A stretch of 59,444 nucleotides of DNA, the filler included, from Basidioascus undulatus (taxonomy: Eukaryota): the NCBI GenBank assembly GCA_000826855.1. It is 6 parts of 6 records of this genome, joined end to end, with 100 filler letters (N's around TTAATTAATTAA, not from the genome) between each part and the next. Parts side by side here need not be neighbours in the genome. Positions count along the whole stretch, not along the records: positions 19,546 to 46,497 come from JTLS01000175.1; positions 46,598 to 52,949 come from JTLS01001750.1; 4 more parts are not named here. One strand, given 5' to 3'. Of this stretch, positions 37,263-50,590 are shown in pieces. The notes under the pieces were generated by a model. That model was not told where the DNA came from. It worked only from the letters and a program-made list of their open reading frames with translations, and searched no databases. Within the stretch, counting starts at the first letter, position 1, and the number at the start of each line of letters is the position of its first letter. The translations under genes and the position numbers were made by a program.

Positions 37263-38984
37263 ATGTCTTTCGACTCACTAAATTCCGTCCTCTCGAGCTT
37301 CTACGGCCCCGAGAAGGGCAACGTCGGCGGGATGGTAGCGGTAGCTGTCGATGGGGCTGGCAGGATTCTCCATTCTGGAACTGCAGGCTTAGCTTCGAAG
37401 GTGCGTTGCGAGCACTTCAGAGAAGTGAGCGTGTGGACGTAATGATGCACGAGAGCTTATTCCAGGCGCTCTGCCCCCTAGGATTCGGTCTTTTTCCTAG
37501 CCAGCATGACCAAGCTCGTTACCGCCGTTGCAGCGCTGCAGCTGGTGGAAGCCGGCCTCCTGTCGCTCGATGAACAGGTCGGGAAGCATCTTCCTGAGCT
37601 CGACGAGCTTGAGATGTGAGTGAAATACCTGCCCTACCTGTCATGGAAATGTGGCACAATACTTATGGTCTTGAATCCGTAACCTGGAGGGCTACGACGA
37701 GCAGGGCAAGTCGATATTCAAGCCCGCGCAAACCAAGATTGCGCTCCGGCACCTTCTGAGCCACTCCAGCGGGATGCCCTACTCGTTCACCGAGCCGGTG
37801 CTCAACCGCTGGGTAGTCTAGAATGGCCTGAAGGATACCCTCGACTATGACGATGTATGAACCCGTCCGTCTCTCATACTGCACACGGCGTGAATGCTCA
37901 CAGTGTTGTCTTCAACCTTGTTCCCCCAGGTCATCTTCAAGCTCCCGCGTCGACATGAGCCGGACATCAAATGGAACTACGGTACCTGTACGTCATATGA
38001 GGTTTATCCTTGACGGGCTCAGTGAGGCTGAAAGACGCTAGCAGCGTTCGACTGGGTCGGTCGCGTCATTGCTGCAGTCACGAAGACGAGCACCTCGGGC
38101 AGCGTTTCCAATAGTCGATCTTTGCTCCGCTCAACATGACGAGTACTGGGTATATTCGCCTCTACCGTCACAGGCCTATCTCTGGCTTGGCTGAACCGTG
38201 CTCACACAGGCTTCTGCGTTCTAGTTTCCGCCTCAGTTCGGACCTCCAATCGCGCTTTGTCGGCCTGTTCAGGCCGCTGCCAGACGGCTCCATCGGGAAA
38301 ACAGAGGACTACCTTCCACTGGACATCAAGTATGAGTCCGGCGGGGCGGGTCTCTTCGGCAACGCGTCTGACTTTGCGCAGCTCCTTCAAGCCCTCTTGA
38401 ACCACGGCGAACATCGTGAGTTTTTCCCAGCCAAGGCATCCCTTGCTGCGTCACACGTTCTCCTGACTAACTTGTACTGTCCTTCACCTTTCCACGGCCC
38501 TTACCGGTGTTTGGATTCTCAAGCCGGAGTCCGTCGTCGCTCTCAGCTCTCCACAGCTCTCCCAAGAGGCAGCGGCGAGCATGGACTTTCCAGGCATGGC
38601 CGTCCTGTCCTCGCACCCCGACCTCGGGGGCAACGAGGACATTGTGATCCTGCCGGGTATCGCCAAGCAGTTTGGCCTCGGAGAGGTGATCAACCCCGAC
38701 GGACTGCCTCCCGGCCGGGATCGAAACAGCTCCTGGTGGTTCGGCGTTCCTGGAACGGCGTTTCATGTGGACCCAGAGAAGGGTGTCGTTGTGAGTGGGT
38801 CTCCTGCATCGAGAGTAGAATTTACATACCTGATGTTTGGAGGGCCATGTTTCCTCTTGTACAGATTGTTATGCTCAACGCGGAGGTACCAAGCGGAGGA
38901 GCGGAGATCACGAAGCTTTGTGTGGATTACGAGCTGGAACTGTATAGGCTCCTCGATGCCCAACCTGAAATATATCCCGAGTAG
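37263..38984 (+). pseudogene. Beta-lactamase-family (LovD/EstB-like) serine hydrolase pseudogene
   Basis: DSVFFLASMTKLVTAVAALQLVEAG (SxxK), LRHLLSHSSG, KWNYG, DWVGRVI, IFAPLNM, ESGGAGLF, SSWWFGVPGTAFHVDPEKG. In-frame TAG at 37819-37821 and 38112-38114, frameshift at about 38092. Confidence 0.88.
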
Positions 38985-39374
38985 CCCGCATTGCATAGAT
39001 ACATATGGGGTTCCTGTGGCAGTCCGTTGATAAAGCCGTACCGCGGTGGCGAGTGATAGGCTGGCGCCCCTCCAAACCTCGTGGAACTTCCATGTACCCC
39101 GTGTCCAAAATGGGCCTTGAACAAGTATGAAGCACTCTGGAATGCTCAATACGGTTTTTCTTGCATCAACAAGTACGGTGGATGGACCAGAATTGTCAAA
39201 ACAGCTGCAGACACAGCGATATGTCTCGCGGAAATGACGCCATCAGAGGAGGAGCACAGGCACAGCGACCGAGCAACCTCCACTGTCCTCACCTACACTC
39301 CCCTCTTCTTGTTTCTTCTCCATCATCATCTCCATCTACCTGTTCAACGCACATCAACGCAACTACCAAGAAAC

Positions 39375-40355
39375 ATGACTTCCTTCATCCTCTTTGGCGG
39401 TTCTGGCAAGGTCGCCTTGGCCTTCACGTCCCTCGCGACGCGCGCCGGGCACCGCGTCACGTCCATCGTGCGGTCCTCAGACCACTTTGACAAGATCGAA
39501 GCTGCTGGGGGTGAGAAACCGCTTTGACCTCGTTCTAACGAGATGGCCACTGATGCTTGCCAATGAGGGTAGGCGAGCCGAAGCTTTTGAGCATTGAGGA
39601 CACTGATGTGGATGGCTTTGTCAACGTGCGTCACATCTTTTCTGCGCAAGAGATCCTCCACTGTACTGATTTACAATATACAACAAGGCCATCAAAGCAT
39701 CCAAAGCGGAAGTAGTCATCTGGTCTGCCGGTGCGGGCGGTAAGGGCGGCCCTGAGGCAAGTCTTCGGCGAGGCGATCCAGCTTATGCAATTCTGACAAC
39801 CGCGCGGGCACACAGCGTACCAAAGCGATCGACGAGATCGGCTCTAAGAAGGTCGTCGACGCCGTGAAGAAGGCTGGGCTTAAGCGCTTCCTCGCCGTGT
39901 CCGCCACGGACACGCGGGACAGGAGCAAGCCGCCCCCTTCTTGGTACAACGAGAAGGACCTCGAAACGAGCGACAAGATGTGGAGTGCGTTCCTTTTCTT
40001 CTTCCACATCTTTCTCTGACCCTCTTACAATTGACTGTCTTTCCTCTAAACAGAATCGATTCCCGCGTACATGGAGGCGAAGCTCCGAGCCGACAGCTAC
40101 ACTGTCTCCTCCGGCCTCGACTGGACGCTCCTCCGCCCCGGCCTCCTGACGGACGACGAGCCGATTGGGAACATCGCGCTGGGCCGCCCACATCTCGGGA
40201 GCGTCTCGCGCCGCGACGTCGCCGCCACGCTGCTTGCGCTCGCGCTCGAGCCGAAGTCGGCAGGCCTCGCGCTCGACTTGCAGGCGGGCGAGACGCCCGT
40301 TGAGGAGGCTGTGAAGAAGGCGGTTGAGAAGAGGGAGAACGCATGGGAGCTCTGA
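39375..40355 (+). CDS. NAD(P)-binding Rossmann protein (atypical SDR, NAD_binding_10-like)
   Basis: FILFGGSGKVA, VTSIVR, VVIWSAGAGGKGGPE|RTKAIDEIG, KRFLAVSA, YMEAKLRAD, LDWTLLRPGLLTD, VSRRDVA. Appears intact. Confidence 0.88.
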
Positions 40356-41210
40356 GGGTGTTCGCGGGAGGTAGATGGCTTGAGCAAAGGATAACACCAT
40401 GTAAGACAGCTCGATACAATGATTCCTGATGAAGACAAGTGTCTGCGCACCGCCGAGCCCGGGGGGTGGGGGGGAGGAGGATTCTGAGAGAAAGCTCGCA
40501 AGGCTCTGACTGTCAATGCACAAGCAAGCTCTCGCAATTCTGAACTGTATTGAGAGCGATCCGCCGTCGACGCAGGTCAGCAGCAGCCTTCCTTGCAATG
40601 CGACGATGCGACGTCTCGGTCTATTTTCTTGTTTGCGCCGGTCGACCGAATGATGGCAAAGTTCAAGGGTGGCTTAAAAATTCGAAATCAATAATATCTG
40701 GCCGACTTCAAGATGGGCAAAGGAGGAGCGATATTATGGATTTATGCAGTGTCTACTCGTCCGGCCACTTGCCCAACGCTTCCTCAATGCACACCGCGAA
40801 CGCCTTCCCATTCTCCCCCCGCTGCACCGCAAAGCGCTGAAACACTTCCGGTAATGTCTCGACCAACGTTACTGTGCGCAGCGTCTTGCAATCCAGGGCA
40901 ATCGCGGCCGAAACCTCCGCAGGCTCCTAAGGCATGTCGCAAATTTCGACCTCGGTGAGCTGCGGAAATAGCGCAAGACTGGGGGGAGAGCGCTTGCCCC
41001 GCAGCCTGCACGAAATGAAAAAGTTACTAGATCTATACACGGATAATAAGAAAATGACATTATAAAAGCAGCCACTCACACGCTCGTTTTCCTTCGTCCT
41101 CCCATACGTTACGTAGGAAACACAGAGCCTTTCGAGTTGCGGGCACGCCCCCACAATGCGGTCAAAAGCGCGGCGGTCCGGAATAAGACTGCGAGAGTTG
41201 AATTCGAAGC

Positions 41211-42482
41211 TTATGTCGAGTGCGGCGAGGTTCGGTGCGAGGGCGAGGGCGTTGCTGAGGCTGGAGACCCAGCTGGTACGTGTGCCACGCCTCGTCGGAG
41301 CTGCCCCGGCCCGGGCCGATGTTGCCCAGGTCGTCGAGCGGGCGAAGAACAGCGCCCTCCCTCAGCGCCTCTCTCGCCGCACTCTTCGAACAGCGCCTCG
41401 ACGTTCTCGCGCACGCTCGCGATGCGCTCCAACGCGGGCAGCGTGCCCGGCGCGAGACCGACGAGCGGGACGGTCCGCTCATCGTAGCCGTCGTCCTCGG
41501 GCGAGACGGTGATGCGGAGACGGCGGAGAACTCCTGCGCAGTTTCCGAAAGCCCGTATTGTTTCGGAGACGAGAGGTCGTCCCAGTCTAGGTCGTCGCAT
41601 TCGCAGCCCTGGAGCTTGAGCTCGACGAGCGCCGGCTAGCGGGCGGAGAAGAATAGCGACGTCATGCTCGCTGTATCAGGCTGGGCGGGCGACTCGTCGA
41701 AGCGGAGGAAGAGCTCGAGGTGCGTGAGATGGACGTTCGCGGAGAGGCAGTCGAAGAGAGAGGATGTGTACGGGTCTTCGTCGCTCGGGTATCCTATTCA
41801 AGTCCCCCCAGGGTGAAAACTTTAGTTCTGCAAATACATGGGAGTACGCGGAAGCTCACCCTTGTGCATGTGTCTTGAGTGGTGATGGAGATCCGCTTGA
41901 GGTACCGGAGCCGGTACAGCCTGGGTGATGCGAAAAAAGTCCCAACTCGATTCAGCGCGAACGTGATTAGGAGGCTCACCGCGTTGGTCTCCCGTGCTCC
42001 AGAAATTCCATCGCCAGACCCGTCACCTCAACGGCTTCGAGATTCGGGAACCCCTCCGCGAGCTTCTCCCAAACAGCGTTGTCTTTGAGAGACTCCCCCC
42101 ACTCAGGCCAGCCGTACGACACGTCCTCCTCGCTCTTCTCCTCGTGGTACGACCAGCCGCGAGCGCAGCCCGGGCAAGCGCTGAAGCTCGAGCACGGGCG
42201 CGTTCACGTTCGCGTCTTCGTTGATCCACGCGCCGATGAGGTGGAGATGCTCGACGTGCGCGGCGACGCGGGTTGCGAAAGGAGATATTCGCAGATTTCA
42301 AGGCTGCGTTCGAGCATAAGCTGCGGGACCGAGCGGTAGAAGAAAGGGAGGGCGAGCTGATGGAGGGAAGAAGATGTCCGGCAGAGGGCGGCGACTATCG
42401 AATGCGGGGTAAAGTGCAGGATGGGGTTCCAGAGCTCGGGTGGGAGCGCTGCGACGCCGTGAGGGCGATCCTGCGATGCCAT
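41211..42482 (-). pseudogene. F-box/LRR-like protein, frameshifted
   Basis: F-box ALPPELWNPIL...ALCRTSSSLHQLALPFFYR. The frame shifts at about 42271 into VAAHVEHLHL...FPNLEAVEV. Later LTHLELFL and LPALERI repeats. The 3' end is approximate. Confidence 0.65.
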
Positions 42483-43354
42483 TCTGGCTCGGCTGGAACA
42501 GTTGCGGGAAGAGAGACAAGAAACAAGACCACAGGCATCAGTCGACTCCTTTTCCTCTCGCACTGCCTCGTGGCTTGCCTGCGGCACAGACCCCCGCATT
42601 TCATATACAGTAATACTTCAGGATGGCTGCCACGCAGTGCCGCTGCTTTCAGGCTATTTCGGACTATTTTCCTATACATCGGTATCATATCAATCAATCA
42701 ATTGCAAAAACATGAAGGTGATCCGATAAAGACAATCAATTTGCCCCTCCCGATTCAACTAAAGGTCGTTAAACATAATAGTTTTCACACATATGGAGAG
42801 CCGAAAGTTCCGCCAGAGCCCAGGCTCCCACACTCTCGCGGTCGGCACGACGAACGAATAAATTGCCCGCTACCCTGAAAAGACAGCATAACCACAGCCG
42901 CTCTGAGCAAGACGTCCCAATGGCCAGCGGGTATAGAAGGCCGCTCTCGCCTTAGAAGAGTGGAGGAGGTAGTAGCGAAGAGCTCGATCCTTCGCCGAAC
43001 TGTTACGTTGCTTCATCCCTCCAGCGTCTACAGCTCATGCAGAGAAGGCGATTTCATTGAAAGAGATACAGTACACATGATAATGGAGTCAGGAAATGTA
43101 TTTGTCGTTTTTGTGCCGCAGAAAGGGGTAGAATACTATGGATTTGTCAATCTCAGAAAAACTTGGGCGCGCCACGAGCAGCGGCGTGAACAGAAAGAGG
43201 CAGTCACAACAGAGATGTCATAACCAGAAGTCGAACGAAAGTGTAAACTTACAGGTGGATTGGACGAAACGCGTCTGTTGAATTACGAGGTGTCAACCAG
43301 GAGTTCACGAGCACAAGATAGCACAGCACCAAACGACACGCACTGTCAGAAAGA

Positions 43355-43931
43355 TCAGCCGAGAGCCTCGAGGACAGCCTTTGCGACCGCCTTGGCCGCA
43401 GGGCGAATGACCGAGTCGGGGATGAAAGGAATGATGCCCTGAATGCAGCTGATCACAGCATCGGCACTGCCAGGGGAGGAGTTCTATAAGAAGCGGGGAA
43501 GAATCTCTCAGGTGCTTGCGATACTCACATTATGTCGGACGCATCGTCAAGCTTGCCGTTCTTGAAGAGGGCCTTAGCCTGAGAGATGACCGAGTCCTTG
43601 GCCGACTCCTTGACGCAGGCGATGATCGCTGGAAGCGCCCGGGCGATGATGACGGGAATGACCTTGACCTCGACGTCGCCATTGGCGTTCTCGGGGGCGC
43701 TCGCGATGATTTTCTGGTACTCGGCGTCGAGATTGTTCGCGATCTCGACGTACTTGGCCTGGGCCGTTCCGGGTAGATGATAGCCGCCGCCTCTTCGGGA
43801 GGAGTGGTGGTCGAGATAGTGGACAGCTGCGCGAAGCGGTCGTCGGTGATGCGGACGGAGCGGACTGTGATGGCCGACGCGGAGAGGCCGAAGAGGCCGA
43901 GGACGGTGGTGAAGAGGGGAGCGAACTTCAT
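43355..43931 (-). CDS. Small secreted amphipathic protein (one intron; single -1 frameshift at about 43772)
   Basis: Signal MKFAPLFTTVLGLFGLSASA. The second frame reads GTAQAKYVEIANN...VIPVIIARALPAIIACVKESAK. Intron 43528-43467 (GTGAGT...CAG). Last exon ADAVISCIQGIIPFIPDSVIRPAAKAVAKAVLEALG*. Confidence 0.7.
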
Positions 43932-45931
43932 GATGCACAAGGGCTTTCTATTGGTGGAAAGGTTTTGATAGGGAAGAATGTCCCGAGTTCGGACGCTCGC
44001 CTTTTATGTCTTCTCGAACAGATGGCAGCGCCACGGTACTGGGGTGTCTTCCTGCCTCCCGCACATTCCCCATCACAACCACGCACACCTGCAGGATCCA
44101 GGTTCATACCGCACGCTCGTCGCCATGGCCAAGAGCCATTTTGGGGACATCTTCTTCAATGATTCTTTCTGCGCACAGTGCAATGCTGAAGCGAAGCGAT
44201 TCCTCGGGGCGCACGAGACCCAGCACGAATGGTGATACTCGCAGCGTCCCCGAGGCTAGTGTTAGACGTCGACCCCGACCCGGTTCCTGGGATGAGCGAG
44301 CAAAACGTAGCCATGTCACAGCGGGCGGCGAAAGGGCGAGGGTGGGATAGTTCTGTGAGGTGACGTCCGGCGACCGTGCAGGACTCACACCATCTGCCAG
44401 TTGGCCGAACAAAGCGTTTCTGCCTGCTTTGGTGCCAAGAACAGAGTAGTAATTTAGCTAGCTGAAGGCTAAATTTTCGGCGTATTTACCATCGCTGAAT
44501 GCGGCGCGTTTACCACGCTGAACGGGCACGTTTACGCTGTGCTGCAGCACGCGCTCGTCGGAAAGTCATCATCAGTGAGCCACTGAGCCAAGCAGGCCAT
44601 TCCCCTTTTCAGGAACCGTAGGAAAAGACGGAGTCACAAGGGGGCTGTTTCTAGAGAAGTAGATGTAGGGTTAAAGGTATGCATTGGGTATACTGGAAAT
44701 TGAGACTGGCCAGGAATAATCCTCCTGCGATGGGGCGGAACTGTCCCTGCGTTGGTAGCGCACAGTTCACCCACTTTCGCCTCAGCGAAAGTGATGGTGG
44801 GACGAACAAAGAAATCTTGGAGGGTCATACAGGGATTCACGTTACTATTATCGAGGACTCTGACCCGAGCGTGATCACAGCAGCCTGGTCGGACGGTCGT
44901 AATTCGTAAAAACAGCATTTCCATGCCAGACCTCTGCCCACCCTTGCAAATATCTGTTATCTTTCTTGCGTCACTTTAAATTTTCAGTCGAACAGAACCT
45001 CTGAGATGAGCGCCCACCCCAAACAGTGTCAAAGTTATCGGGGCGGATGCGCGGGTGTGGTGCGCAAAGAATTCAGCGAAGCAATGGACGACTGCTGCCT
45101 TAGGCAGCGAGATGCCTTCCTTCAAGACAGAACTGTCAAGTGGATCCACAGTCCTTTTGGATAAGAAGTTCTCGTCCCTAGTCTTGAAAGCAAGGCGCGG
45201 AGCATCCAGACCTTTCTTGGGACGTCTGCGAAGCCTCGACCGTCTCCAGGACGAACAGAACAGACGGGTTTTCAATTGAAGGCGACGAAGGCGAAGAGTA
45301 TTCATGGTAACTGCAGAATATGAGAACACTCTTCATATTGTCTTGGGGTTCTTGTGTACCAGGAAACCAGCTTGGCTTTCAGTGGACACAAGAGACTGCG
45401 TCAGCGCGAGCGGTCCAACGCAGCGACAACCCAAAGGGAAGCTACCTCACGGGTGACTGCATAAAACGAAAAGCACCGTGTTAAGAAGTCGGGGGTCAGC
45501 CAAAGATGCTTGTAATGAGATGTCGAACCAACACGAACAGCGGTAAGAAGCCCGGCCGATTGCCTCGACCACCTGGAACGCCAGGCGAACCACCGTTCAA
45601 GTCAGGGATGGACTGCCCAATGATACCTCTAACGCTTATGTAGCTTACCGGCGCCGAGGTGCTCGTGTTTGCCACCTACTTTGCCTTGGCGTCGGAGTCG
45701 CCCGCTACCAGTACCGCGTGCTGCTCGGGCGAAGTACCGGTGATGCGGACGGAGCGGAGTGCACGCGCTGTTCTGGTGTGCTTCAATCCCTATCAAGATA
45801 AACTCAGCGTACGCGTGCAAAAAGACATTCTCGCAACTCCCAAGCACACATCGACCCCGAAATCGAAAATACAGCATGCATGCGCAGCTTCAAATGCCCC
45901 TTCGCCACCCAAGCCCAAAAAACAGAATTGC

Positions 45932-46432
45932 TCATCGCGAAATAGAGTAGTCATCTGTATAGACGTGAGAGAGACGGAGATAAGTAAGAGGGCGAAAAGT
46001 GACGGAAGAGGGAGAGGGAAGGCAGCGCACCGATACGCAGCAACAACGACACCGTCTCCGTCGCCTGCTCGATCGCGTTCGTCGTGACGAGCAGCGGTTG
46101 GAGGACGTTCTCATCCCGAATGTCCGACACGAGCCCCTATGCGCCGTCCCAGTCCCAACGATCAGCAACCGTCCGAGTCACGGTTTCTGTATGAAGGGAA
46201 AAGGAAGGCCCAGCGCACCTTCCGCACGTTGATCCCCGCCGTCTTATCCCCGCGCGCATGCCGATTCCGGAGCTCGGTGACGATCGCGATCGGGTTCAGC
46301 CCCGCGTTCTCGGCGAGCGTGGTGGGGATGACCTCGAGCGCCTCGGCGTACGCCTGGAAGCAGTAGGCCTCCATGCCCTTGAGCGTCTGCGCGTGCTGCG
46401 CGAGCGCGCGCGAGACGTGGATCTCGGGCGCG
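45932..46432 (-). CDS. CCT4: T-complex protein 1 subunit delta, C-terminal part
   Basis: APEIHVS...[95 protein letters not shown]. Confidence 0.9.
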
Positions 46433-46497
46433 CGAGTCTTGCAAAACAAAGTGGAACTTGCCAGCACGCGAAATGCCGTTTCGCGAGCGCGCGCGAG

Positions 46498-46597
46498 NNN
46501 NNNNNNNNNNNNNNNNNNNNNNNNNNNNNNNNNNNNNNNNNTTAATTAATTAANNNNNNNNNNNNNNNNNNNNNNNNNNNNNNNNNNNNNNNNNNNN
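46498..46597. other. Artificial contig spacer
   Basis: N44-TTAATTAATTAA-N44. Confidence 0.97.
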
Positions 46598-47859
46598 AGT
46601 CCGCCCAGGTCCGGCTGCCTGCCTGTCAAGCCCTGAGCGAATCAACACCAGATTGCAGCGCCCTGATTGCCGGACCGCGATCCGCGGCCGCCCGTTTCCG
46701 CTCGGAAGACACGACCACGTACCGCTGCAAGGCGCCTCGGGATGCTTCAACCATCGCTTCGTACAACTTCTTGTCACCAGACGAAGGAACCATTAACCAG
46801 TTCTTCAAGGTGCACTCTGCGCTGGTATCCCAGAAGACCAACAAAGAATCAAGAAGTGAGAGAGAAGACTGAACGGAGAAGCCCGGAAAGCTCGCGGCGC
46901 CGGGGGCTTGGAAAAATCAAACTGTCGACTGTCTAGTGCTTGAACTCAAAGCGAGGCCTCACAATGATCGACGTCGGTGACGCGTGGCGTGAATGATTTG
47001 CGCGACCGGAGGTCTTCTCTTTCTGCTAGCTCATTTTGGTGTTTGCATGCTGGACAAATAGAACGGGTACGGGCTGTAGCTATTCTAGGAATAAAAGTAT
47101 ATAATACTGCAGTGCGTACGAGAGGACAGCAACATGGCTTAAGAGGGACCGTTACAGCTCTTTCACAGCTGAATCTGGACGCTGCGCTCTCCCTTGACCA
47201 GCGCCAACAGAAAGAAATGATGATGACTGTCAGTGGGAGAGACTGATGGTCCGGAATGATATAACCACCCGAAAGAAAAATGGTACCCACTGTATACCAC
47301 TTGAGATCCTGTAACAGTCAGTTGGGCAACTAAGAGCTGGACGACAGCAGCGCAATGGCAGGGTTCCCGAGTCCTCAACTTCGCTATTGTGGGCGACCAC
47401 TTGCGAATTATACATTCTTTATTGTACAATCGATTCCAGTAGCAAGTTGGTGACTGAGACCAACTGTTGCGCAGGACGCTCATGCATCCAAGAAAGTGCT
47501 ATGCGGTGGCATTGCAGCCAAGAAAAGGAACTGTGATCTGATCCTTCTTGCATTGGGGTACTTAAGTAGGTGTTGAGTGGAGTTTTTAGAGTGCTTCGGA
47601 CAGAGTAGGGGAACCATGTGAGGGTCGGAGCTCGTAGGCTGCGTACAGCAAACCGTGCAAAGCTCAATGTGATACCACATTCTGAGCTTCGCGAGGAGGA
47701 AGGAGCTGGAACGCGGGGATACGGACGCCCTGGAGGCGAAGAAGAGGGTCATATGGGTTCTGTGAGATGTATGGGTATTGTTTGCGTTGAGGGACTCTGG
47801 ACTGGACCAGGAATCTGCCGAGGTAGCTATCGCTGAGTGCTGGATTCTGAGCGTGAGCT

Positions 47860-50560
47860 GAAGCAACGTCGCATCTTGTCCCGACAAAGGAGTACTACGT
47901 AGTAAATGGTTCTATCAATGCCACCATTTCATCGTCTTTACTAAGTAAATGGTTGGGACGTCTCTCAGTGCGGGCACGACGACACGCTCTCCCTCATCTC
48001 GGCGCATCTGGACGCCAGCGACGCCGCAGCCGTCTCGCGCAAGCTTGGCATTGCGCATCCCTCCGCCGACCGAGCCGTTCGAGTTCTCCGACCTTTTCGG
48101 CAGAGTCGGCACGCCAAACACCTCTACTCGACGATCATCGACTGCAGTCTCGAGGTGAAAAAGCAGAAGCACGGGGCGGGCGCGTAGAAGGGAGGCCGGG
48201 GTAAGGCGAAGGATGCTGTACAACGCTTCCACTTTACTCTTGTGAGCCATGAACACCTGTTTCCGTTCTTTTGTCGCTCCTTCGCTGCACCACTGCTGTT
48301 TCATTAGCTCGCTGGAACTGTCACGGCCGAGAATCGATAACCCGCTCGCGCTACACCACAGGTTGACATCCACCCGGCCGCACTCGCTCGGGACCTCATC
48401 GTGCTCTACTCTCTCGCCGAACTGGCGGAGTACATTGCCTCGGAGCGCAACACGGCGCCGCGGGCGCGCGACCTTCTCGCAACGCTTCCACTATCTCTAG
48501 TGTCTGATGGCATCAACTAAGATGAGCGATTGATCAGAATCTCCCTCATGCGAACTGACGTTGAGTCTGGGACTAGGTTGAAGTCGCCCGAACAGCATAT
48601 ACAATTTCACCCGCTGCTCGGCCCTCTGGACACTTCGCACTTGACTGTGAGTCCAATTCGTCTTTCCGCAGCGTGTCGTCCTGCACACATGACCCACTCT
48701 TCTCCCCTCTGTCCACGGCTTATTCTTACACCTCACAATCCTCCGTCCACGGTTGCCATGGGCCGGCGAGATCGCCTCGCAAGCCGCGAGCATGGGCCTC
48801 CCCGTCGAGCAGTACCGCCAGGTGCTCCATATCATGGCGTCGAACTCGGAGCTCGTCCACAGGGCGGGCGGGCCCGCGCCGGCCGAGCACCTGGACTTCA
48901 ATGAGATCAAGGTCCTCTCGCCGGAGTTCGTCAAGGAGCCGAAGCCGGTCATGCAGGCGTTCGAGAACTTGCGCAGGCACAGGGACACCGACGAGGATGT
49001 GGAGAAGATTCGGAAGAATGTACGGGACAAGTGGAGAGTAAACGTGACCTATTTTGAGTGAGTTGCCGCTGCCCGCCTGAGGGTTGCGTGGAAGACCGTC
49101 ACTAACGCTGCCGTTTTCCCAGCCGCAAGTGGGCAGTGCGAAACCTGCCCGACGTGAGATCTTTCCTCGCGCATTCACAATGATACCACGCTGTCCCGCC
49201 AATCGTCTGCCCCAGTTCAACCGTGATCCTTTCAAAGGATGCCGGCAGCTGTTCACCGTGCGTGGGCGATAATCTCGCTGCCTGCTGCCTAACACTCCCC
49301 CCGCTCTCCTTATTCTCACAATCACGAACTTTGCCTTTCAGGGCCCTCACCTACAACCGCTCCAGCCGCCAGAGACCCGGCGTAACGAGACGCTCTTCAA
49401 CTAGTCACTGGCTTTCTTTAACAACGCGGCGGAGACTGTGCCCGAGCTCGGCGGCGGCAGCGTCGGGAAGACCAAGTCGGATGCGCTCAAGCTCCATCTT
49501 GGGGAACGTCTTCTCCGTCAGGGACGAGATCAAGTACCGAAACATCGTCCGAGATGAGCAGTTCCCGGAGGGTATGATCGCGTGCATCTGTCAAAGCATG
49601 TCGTCGTTGTCAGTTTGTTTGAAAGCAGCGCGTGCTGAGGCTTCACGCTGCGTTTTCCTAGTGTGCCCGACTAAACCGCCGGTACGATGCTTTTGTTGTT
49701 CATCCGCCGCAGCGGTGCCTTCGCTCGCCGCTAAACCCGTGCTGACATTGTGAACAGGCCATCTCTCGACGTTTACCGTCGCTCAGCGAATCCTCAAACC
49801 TCACCCCAAGGCCCTCACAACTGCCATAATCCTTCTCAACACCGGAAACTTTCCTACTGCCCTCACGTTTTCGTGTCTGTCCCTTGTCAGCTAATCAAGC
49901 GCCCCTCCGCTCGGATAGGGCAGTAAGCATTCTCACCGTGCTCAGGTGCTTCACTTTCGTCTTAGGCGTGTGTGTCCTCCGATAGTCTTCGAGAAAGGGA
50001 TGACCGGTCCGTTCGACGTGGCTTTCAGCTCAGCGTTACACACGTATGTATTTTCCTTGCCTGCCGCGTGCCGAGGCTGCCCAGTGCATCACGACCATCG
50101 CTTCTGCAGATACACCCTCTCCACTGTCGAGGAGCTCCGCCCGCTCTTTGGCGTCTCGCAAGAAACGAGTACGCCTATCTCGCCTTCTACTTCGTGTGAA
50201 CAACCGTCGGCGCCGACCCAGACGCAGTCTCCCGCTCGCGCCTGCTGCAGATTTTGTATGGCGTTTTCCTGAAGAGCGTCTTAGAGCTGCCACTGGCAAA
50301 CCCGATGGATCGGATGACGCCTGTGAGTTGTTTATTTGCACTCTGTTATGCATCCACGGCGGAGTGTCAACTGGCCTGACCCGGCCCTCGCACTGGGGAA
50401 TCCATGTCGCGCGTGCTCGATGAGCTAAGTACCACTCCTTTTTCGGGCGTGGGCATCGAATGGTTCAGCACATACCTGGAATACGGCGCGCCGGCGTCGG
50501 TGAATCTCGAAGAGTGGCAACTCGTACGTCAGCCTCCTGGACAATGAAACGCGAGAGAGA
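47860..50560 (+). pseudogene. DUF4470-like protein pseudogene
   Basis: EYY..GHDDTLSL, LFGRVG/(D)AKHLYSTIID (frameshifted at about 48110), VDIHPAALARDLIVLYSLAEL, and a coding-like exon at 48753-49058. Multiple stops and frameshifts. Boundaries are approximate. Confidence 0.55.
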
Positions 50561-50590
50561 GAACAAACAACCGGTACTCCCCTGACTTTA

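Noticed and set aside
37263..43931. Secondary-metabolite or RiPP cluster (esterase + SDR + secreted protein)
   Set aside because: No backbone or tailoring enzyme (PKS, NRPS, DUF3328, P450) is present on the contig, and the esterase is a pseudogene.
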